Positions 58,253 to 64,000 of a stretch of 64,000 nucleotides of DNA are shown piece by piece. The stretch lies in IMG/VR virus record IMGVR_UViG_3300017971_000185, positions 124,001 to 188,000 of that record; one strand, written 5' to 3'. The first letter of the stretch is position 1, and each line of letters starts with the position of its first letter. The notes under the pieces are model-generated. The model did not search any database, was not told where the DNA came from, and saw only the letters and a program-made list of their open reading frames with translations. Made by a program: the position numbers and the translations under genes.

Positions 58253-58283
58253 GACCCCTATATATCGGCACAGGTGAGAGAGT

Positions 58284-58520
58284 ATGCCTCCCTCTGCCAA
58301 ACGGCTCGCAGAACGCTTCTTGCAGCGCAGCGCGGGCCTTGCCACCGATGAGCCCAATGGAAGGTTCGCTTCCATGGCTTGGGTGGCGGGCGTGAGGGCC
58401 GGGAAGCTCACTCGCGGTTGTGGGCTGATGCCCAATCCCCCCGAGGCTCGTCCCGAGGATTTCTACGAGGGCTACACGTGGGGATACATCAATGCTCCGA
58501 AGATTCGGGAGGTTGACTAA
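58284..58520 (+). CDS. Small hypothetical protein with N-terminal LAxRFLxxxA motif
   Basis: MPPSAKRLAERFLQRSA; after CCTATAT. Confidence 0.6.
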   Translation: MPPSAKRLAERFLQRSAGLATDEPNGRFASMAWVAGVRAGKLTRGCGLMPNPPEARPEDFYEGYTWGYINAPKIREVD

Positions 58521-59050
58521 TGGACCTTCGCTCCATGGCTCGTAAGGTAGCTTCGCGCTATCGGACTTCAGCTCTCATCAACAAGACAGTGAATGTTCCC
58601 GAGGTAGGCGATCAGGTTATTGATGTGTCTTTTGACCCTGAATTTGGAGTCGCCGATATCACCTTCAACTCGGCAAGAAAGATTGCTGTCCACATCGATT
58701 GGAATTGGGGACCCAAGACATCTGATGAAGTCTCGCCTGCGCCTCCCAAAACAGCCCAGATGACTCTGGGTATGATTGTTGCGGTCACGCCGACTGGAGT
58801 CATGCTCGGGGCTCATGACCGGATGGATCGCAGGTTTCTCGATCCGCGCCGATGGTTGCCTGTAGTTCGGAAAGCAGTGGGTCGTGAGGTTCCGTTCTTG
58901 CTTTACAAGCTGCGGAACGTACCCATCGAGTTGGCTGAACGCTATGCCGATGTTGGAACACCAGCGTCCACGTTTCCCAACGGTCGCGTCGCCTGGCAGA
59001 CGGCGAAGCGATATGCCGAGCCCAAGCCGTTTGCGGACTCCGAGGAGTAG
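58520..59050 (+). CDS. Hypothetical protein with N-terminal VAxRYxxxA motif
   Basis: MDLRSMARKVASRYRTSA; TAATG overlap. Confidence 0.65.
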   Translation: MDLRSMARKVASRYRTSALINKTVNVPEVGDQVIDVSFDPEFGVADITFNSARKIAVHIDWNWGPKTSDEVSPAPPKTAQMTLGMIVAVTPTGVMLGAHDRMDRRFLDPRRWLPVVRKAVGREVPFLLYKLRNVPIELAERYADVGTPASTFPNGRVAWQTAKRYAEPKPFADSEE

Positions 59051-59052
59051 GC

Positions 59053-62000
59053 ATGCCCAAGCTAGATCGAGGCTACACGCTGGGCGAGTTTCCGATCCCA
59101 CTGGAGCGCGATTACGTTCTCGGTCGCTTTGGAGATCGTACGGCAGCCAAGGATGATGACGATGAAGCTGTATCCGCCCAGCGACTTGCGGATCTCCTGA
59201 TTCTCTATACTGGCTATCGTATCCTCGGGCTAGCTCTGGAAGCTGAGCAACTACAGGAGACGAAAGCAAAGGACCACTTCAGAAAAGGAACACAGCTAGC
59301 AAGACGGTTCTTCAAGCAGTTTGCTCAGGGGTTTGACAACTACCTGGAGTCTCCTTCCGAAACGCTCCGTCTCAAGACGAAATTCAAGATGGCGGTTCGG
59401 AACAAGAGCTTTCTCAAGGGAGCCCCGGCTCGCGTCCGATACCTAGACATCCTTCTACCGCGCATGAGCGCTCGGATGCCGCTTCTGCGAAGCACGTTTG
59501 CTGGTCGCGCTTCCCTTGCGATCATGCGAATGGCACGGCTCGATCTCAAAGCGGAAGATCTGGCGACACGTGCCATCAATCTCAAGAATCTGGCCGCTAT
59601 TCCGCCGGTCTCGGGACTCCAGATGGGCCGCAAGTGGCTCATGGAGGCGGCCCGCATTGCAGGCGTCGAGCCTTCTGAGATGGAAGACACCGTCGCCGAT
59701 GCGGCGGTAGCTCGTGATCTTTCGGTACGGATCCGAGAGATCGACAACGAGCTTGCAGGATCGCGCAAAGGTACGAAGAAAGCGAAGGAGTTGGAGGCGG
59801 AGAGAGCTACGCTTCAAGAGACGCTCGATCTCGCCGTTGCATCTTCCTCCGATCCGCAGACCACGAAGGCAGCCGCAGTAGTCGAGCAGACGGAGCGCCT
59901 TGCTGGGAATGCCACTCCGCAAGGGCAGAAGGTCCAGTTGTCTCCCGATCAGGAGGCAGCGATGGTCGCTCGGGGGAAGGTTGTCGTGGCTGCTGGCGCG
60001 GGGAGCGGAAAATGCGTTCGAACAGATACTCTGATACAGACCAATGGGGGATTGATTGAGATTGGTTCTTTGTGCGAGGGCATGGATAAGGATTCCGATC
60101 AGTTTTGTGTCAAGCGCATCCATGGTCCTAAAGGCCCTGAGGACACATCTCATGTCTACTACAACGGCTTCAGCGCCACTCTTATCTTACGAACGAGTGC
60201 GGGCTTTGAGTTAGAGGCGACACCAAATCATCGTGTTTTCGCAATTCGAGATGGCGCGATTGTCTGGGTTCGTTTGGACGAGCTAACGGTAGACGACTAT
60301 GTGGCGATTGATCGTCGCCCTGGTTTGTTTGCATCGGACCCGTTCGTAAGAAAGGATGTAGAATTTCAGAGAGGGGGATTCCAAGGCACGCAAGGCGGTG
60401 GAGAGAACATTCCTGCGATGCTTACGCCTCAGGTGGCTCGTCTTTTGGGTTATCTGATTTCAGAGGGCTATGTGCGGCAAGATCAGTGGTCGTTTAGTTT
60501 CTCTACTTCTGATCCAGAGCAGGCAGAGCTGTATCGAGATTCCATGCGGGATCTCTTTGACTGGCAAGAGCATTTCGATGAGGGACGCTCAGAGACCCAA
60601 GAGGTTCAGGTTGTCTGTGAGGTTTGTCGTAGGGAGATTGTGGAAACTTTGATGGCCTTTGGTCTGAGGCGGGTAGGGGCGCATGAAAAGGAAATTCCGT
60701 TTGGTATTCTGAGGTCTCCCAAGCCGATCGTGCGAGATTTTTTGAGGGCCTTGTGGGACGGAGATGGCGGAGTCGAGAACAACGTCTTATCCTATTGCAC
60801 AGTAAGCGACAAGCTAGCGAGACAACTTCATGTTCTGATGTTGTCCTTTGGTGTTGTTGGCCGACTTCGGCCGAAGAAGACATCATCAGGCCATGCCTGG
60901 GTTCTTACTGTTTCTGGCGAGGCTGTGCCTGTCTTTGTCGAGGAAATTGGTTTCAACCTGACCCATAAGCAAGAAGCAGCCCTTGCTCTCGCAGACCGAG
61001 AATCGAACACGAATGTTGATGTTGTCCCTACTGTAGCGCAGAAATGCGATGCTGTGTTTCAAGCCTACAAAAGCGCGACTGGAATGGCCTTGGTTGATCA
61101 TCCGTCTTATGGCGCCTTCAAAGATTATCGAAAGGGACGCAGACGGCCATCTCACGATGCTCTATTGCGTTTCTTGCATGTGTATTCTCTCCCCGAAGAT
61201 CCCAACTGGCAAAGTCTTCATGGCTTGGTAAGAGAATGGTTCTACGATCCCGTTATTGCTATTGAGGACTCTGTTTCCTATACGGCTGACTTTGTTGTTC
61301 CCCAAAGCCAGGCTTTCAGCGGTGGCGGTTTCATCAATCACAACACGCGCGTGCTCGCGGCCAAAGTCGCCTACCACATGGAACAGGGACTTGGGCCACA
61401 GAACATCATCGCATGTTCGTTCACTCGCAAGTCCGCGGCTGAGCTAAAGGAGCGCATCAAGAAGTACGGCGGCGACCTGACGGGCAACGTCACAGCCGAG
61501 GCTGGCTTTGGGACTACGCACTACGTTGCTGGCGTCCTGGTTCTCGGCCAGTACGGCGGTAACAGACAACGGCCAGACGGGAAGTCGATCGAGGGATGGG
61601 TGCAGAACGACTTACTGCGTCTCGCGGTCGAGCAAGTCAAGATGAGCCCCGAGGGCGAACCGCCGCCGTTCGATCCCGAAGAGTCCTTCTTCCCCAAGAT
61701 GCTTCCCGAGCGGGAGAAGGATCTGGCCACTCCCGAGCCGCCCGAGGGTGCGCCTCCGCCAGTGGATGTTGGCGATCCCTTTGAGATGGCTATACGCGAT
61801 GCGTTGACCTACCACGAACGCATCCCTCGACGGCAGTTGCGGAATACGGGTTGGCTCGATTGGACCATCAACTTTCTGGAGGACATCCTTCGCCGCGGGG
61901 CAGATCCCACACGGCTCTCGCCCAAACAACGTGCTTCGGTGGAAAAGGCTCTCAATCGAGCCAAGGTAGAGTACGAGTTTCCAACGAGGACCGCGGGCTT

Positions 62001-64000
62001 CGACAAGTCTGCCGTCAACACCCAGAAGCAGATCAAGAAGCTGCGCGAGAAGTATCCGATTTGGTCAAATCGCCCGGCGAACATGTGGTTCAACATCGGA
62101 GCCACTGACCGGGATTTCCAAGACGGTGAGGCTCCCATTGCGCTTGGCCAACTCGGTCTCTACGTCAGCAACAACAAGGGCAGGCTCATTGCGCCGGGGA
62201 AAGCATACGGTACTGCACAAGCTGCACCGAAAGATCTGGCTGAAGATTTCGAGCAGGAGATGGAGGGTGAGCCCCAGGTAAACACCCGAACACTGGCAGC
62301 CGTGTATGGCGGCTACGAGTGGCTCAAGAACAACGAGGAGGAATTCAAGGGCGCGTTGGACATGGACGACGTGCTCATCTCCGCGAGTCGCTTGCTCATT
62401 GAGGATCCTCGTGCGTTGGCCCAGCTACAAGACCGAATCAAGTGTCTTTTAATCGACGAAGCACAAGACCTGAACGCTGCGCAGCATCTCTTGTTCGGCC
62501 TGATTGCTGGCTATGTCGATCCTGCTACGCAAGCGCCTCGCAAAGACGGGCAGATGACGGCGGATACGTTTGCCTTCATAGGCGACGACCGCCAGGCGAT
62601 TTACGCCTTTCGCGGAGCGTTGCCCGATCTCTTCATCGAGAAGTCAGATCTGGTCGAAGGCGGCGAAGGGTTCAACACCAAGACGTTGGATCTGAATTAC
62701 CGATCTGGTTCGGCCATTGTCGAGGCTGCCAACAACCTCATCAAGCACAACGAGAAGCAGATCCCGATGGTCTGCAAGGCCAACGTAGAGCGCAAAGGCA
62801 CAGGTGCCATCCAGCAGGTGACTCTGAAGACGCTAGAGGATTGTGCTGTCTACGCGGCAGAGCAGATCAAGGCGGCTACACAAGAGCTAGAGGATGTGAA
62901 GGACCCCGTCACCCAAGCGGCGAGCCCGTCAGACTTCGGTGTTGCGGTGCGCACGAACAAGGAAGCGTACCAGTACGGCATCGAGATGATCAAACGAGGG
63001 ATTCCGTTCAAGTCGAAGTACAACTTCTTCAAGGGTCCCGCAGTCAAGGCTCTGCTCAACCTGATGACGCTTGCCTCGACTGGCAAGAAGGATGTGCGGC
63101 GCATCAACCGGGCCGTGGTCGAGGGAGTCCGCGCACCTGATTGGGGACTTAGCGAAAAGACTCTCAAGACGCGTCTCACCGAGAAGGCAGGACGCGGGGC
63201 GGACTGGTTTGATTGGCTCAGCAAGGGCGGTTGGAAGGAGATCTATCGAGATCGCGAGATGCAGGAACGGCTGCACAAGTATGTGGGATTCTTGAAGGAG
63301 GTCTTTGATCTCAAGGAGACCGACAGCGACGGGGTTCTCAACTTCCTGACCAACTATCCCGGTCCCGAGGGCAACTTGATCGATGCGTTGGTCGAGAGAG
63401 TCAAGCAGTCGAAAGACGACATGGAGGACTTCGGGAAGCAGTACGAGGACACATCCGAGGAGAACCTACGCGAGTACGCCTCGGCTCCAATCCAGGTGCT
63501 TTTTGAGATCACCAAGACCTATCCCAAGCTGGACGATGCCGTTGCGTATCTCAACGAGCTTTACGAGATGAACGAGCGGCTTTCGAGCACGGACGATCCG
63601 ACTCGTAAGGACTACAAGGAAGATCTCGAAGCCGTGCAGATTGACACGGTGCATGGCTGGAAGGGTCTGGAGTGCAAGAATCTCTTTGTTCCGATGTGGG
63701 AGGGTCGCAGAGGCGGTTTCCCACACGGCAAAGCCGAGGACATGACTTCGGAGCGTCGCCTGGCCTACGTCGCCATCACGCGCGGTGAGGATAGCGTCAC
63801 TATCCTGCGTCCCGAGTTTGATGGCGCTGTCGATCGTGAGGGTCGGCCGATTCCCACTCGCCAGTCTCGTTTCGTGACCGAGGCGTGCATTCAGGACGTG
63901 CCGGCCTATGGGGAGTCGGTTGTCGTGGAAGATCCCGAGGAGCAGGGGCGGACGGCGCAGGAGAAGGAAGCGAAATTCCGTTTCACGGATGACGAGCTAG
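59053..64000 (+). CDS. uvrD: UvrD/PcrA-like SF1 helicase with long N-terminal extension; intein-containing; 3'-partial (not in ORF track)
   Basis: Read in frame from ATG 59053: LSPDQEAA..VVAAGAGSGK|intein|TRVL, CSFTRKSA.EL, LIDEAQD, IGDDRQAIYAFRGA, NYRS, VRTN, DTVHGWKGLE, ERRLAYVAITRG. The frame is open at 64000. Confidence 0.92.
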   Translation, partial: MPKLDRGYTLGEFPIPLERDYVLGRFGDRTAAKDDDDEAVSAQRLADLLILYTGYRILGLALEAEQLQETKAKDHFRKGTQLARRFFKQFAQGFDNYLESPSETLRLKTKFKMAVRNKSFLKGAPARVRYLDILLPRMSARMPLLRSTFAGRASLAIMRMARLDLKAEDLATRAINLKNLAAIPPVSGLQMGRKWLMEAARIAGVEPSEMEDTVADAAVARDLSVRIREIDNELAGSRKGTKKAKELEAERATLQETLDLAVASSSDPQTTKAAAVVEQTERLAGNATPQGQKVQLSPDQEAAMVARGKVVVAAGAGSGKCVRTDTLIQTNGGLIEIGSLCEGMDKDSDQFCVKRIHGPKGPEDTSHVYYNGFSATLILRTSAGFELEATPNHRVFAIRDGAIVWVRLDELTVDDYVAIDRRPGLFASDPFVRKDVEFQRGGFQGTQGGGENIPAMLTPQVARLLGYLISEGYVRQDQWSFSFSTSDPEQAELYRDSMRDLFDWQEHFDEGRSETQEVQVVCEVCRREIVETLMAFGLRRVGAHEKEIPFGILRSPKPIVRDFLRALWDGDGGVENNVLSYCTVSDKLARQLHVLMLSFGVVGRLRPKKTSSGHAWVLTVSGEAVPVFVEEIGFNLTHKQEAALALADRESNTNVDVVPTVAQKCDAVFQAYKSATGMALVDHPSYGAFKDYRKGRRRPSHDALLRFLHVYSLPEDPNWQSLHGLVREWFYDPVIAIEDSVSYTADFVVPQSQAFSGGGFINHNTRVLAAKVAYHMEQGLGPQNIIACSFTRKSAAELKERIKKYGGDLTGNVTAEAGFGTTHYVAGVLVLGQYGGNRQRPDGKSIEGWVQNDLLRLAVEQVKMSPEGEPPPFDPEESFFPKMLPEREKDLATPEPPEGAPPPVDVGDPFEMAIRDALTYHERIPRRQLRNTGWLDWTINFLEDILRRGADPTRLSPKQRASVEKALNRAKVEYEFPTRTAGFDKSAVNTQKQIKKLREKYPIWSNRPANMWFNIGATDRDFQDGEAPIALGQLGLYVSNNKGRLIAPGKAYGTAQAAPKDLAEDFEQEMEGEPQVNTRTLAAVYGGYEWLKNNEEEFKGALDMDDVLISASRLLIEDPRALAQLQDRIKCLLIDEAQDLNAAQHLLFGLIAGYVDPATQAPRKDGQMTADTFAFIGDDRQAIYAFRGALPDLFIEKSDLVEGGEGFNTKTLDLNYRSGSAIVEAANNLIKHNEKQIPMVCKANVERKGTGAIQQVTLKTLEDCAVYAAEQIKAATQELEDVKDPVTQAASPSDFGVAVRTNKEAYQYGIEMIKRGIPFKSKYNFFKGPAVKALLNLMTLASTGKKDVRRINRAVVEGVRAPDWGLSEKTLKTRLTEKAGRGADWFDWLSKGGWKEIYRDREMQERLHKYVGFLKEVFDLKETDSDGVLNFLTNYPGPEGNLIDALVERVKQSKDDMEDFGKQYEDTSEENLREYASAPIQVLFEITKTYPKLDDAVAYLNELYEMNERLSSTDDPTRKDYKEDLEAVQIDTVHGWKGLECKNLFVPMWEGRRGGFPHGKAEDMTSERRLAYVAITRGEDSVTILRPEFDGAVDREGRPIPTRQSRFVTEACIQDVPAYGESVVVEDPEEQGRTAQEKEAKFRFTDDEL
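60013..61344 (+). mobile_element. Intein (444 aa) with LAGLIDADG endonuclease in the helicase Walker A motif
   Basis: GAGSGK|CVRTDT ... ATPNHRV ... LLGYLISEG ... FLRALWDGDG ... FSGGGFINHN|TRVL. Confidence 0.93.

Noticed and set aside
63998-64000. Terminal TAG as the helicase stop codon
   Set aside because: Out of frame (reads GAG CTA G); the gene continues beyond the window.

Overview
64 kb of a large (jumbo-type) tailed dsDNA phage genome with a GC-rich bias (about 60% by eye). The host cannot be named from this window. No rRNA, tRNA or CRISPR array was seen. 1-16.7 kb is a structural module of very large Gly/Pro/Thr/Asp-rich virion proteins (5'-partial), closed by an intrinsic terminator. 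16.7-64 kb is a dense replication/repair/DNA-modification region. It encodes a PARP1/2/3-like WGR-helical-catalytic ADP-ribosyltransferase, a GroEL homologue, a SNF2 helicase, a degenerate loader plus DnaB, and an NAD-dependent ligase split by a free-standing endonuclease. It also encodes a stand-alone primase Zn-finger, a family-A polymerase with an intein, a family-4 UDG, a tandem cold-shock protein and a very large UvrD-like helicase with an intein (59053 to the window edge; absent from the supplied ORF track). There are two complete methyltransferases (MT-A70 and beta-class) plus a beta-class methyltransferase dismantled into separate modules. Non-coding signals include a GT(A/T)AAC-N15-GCGTAGA ECF-sigma-like promoter at six intergenic sites (plus two variants), a weaker CCTATA intergenic motif, a candidate structured RNA at 22.2 kb, and strong avoidance of several 6-bp restriction-type sites. 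Three small genes carry single-base frameshifts that may be assembly errors. All protein assignments come from motif recognition by eye, not database searches.
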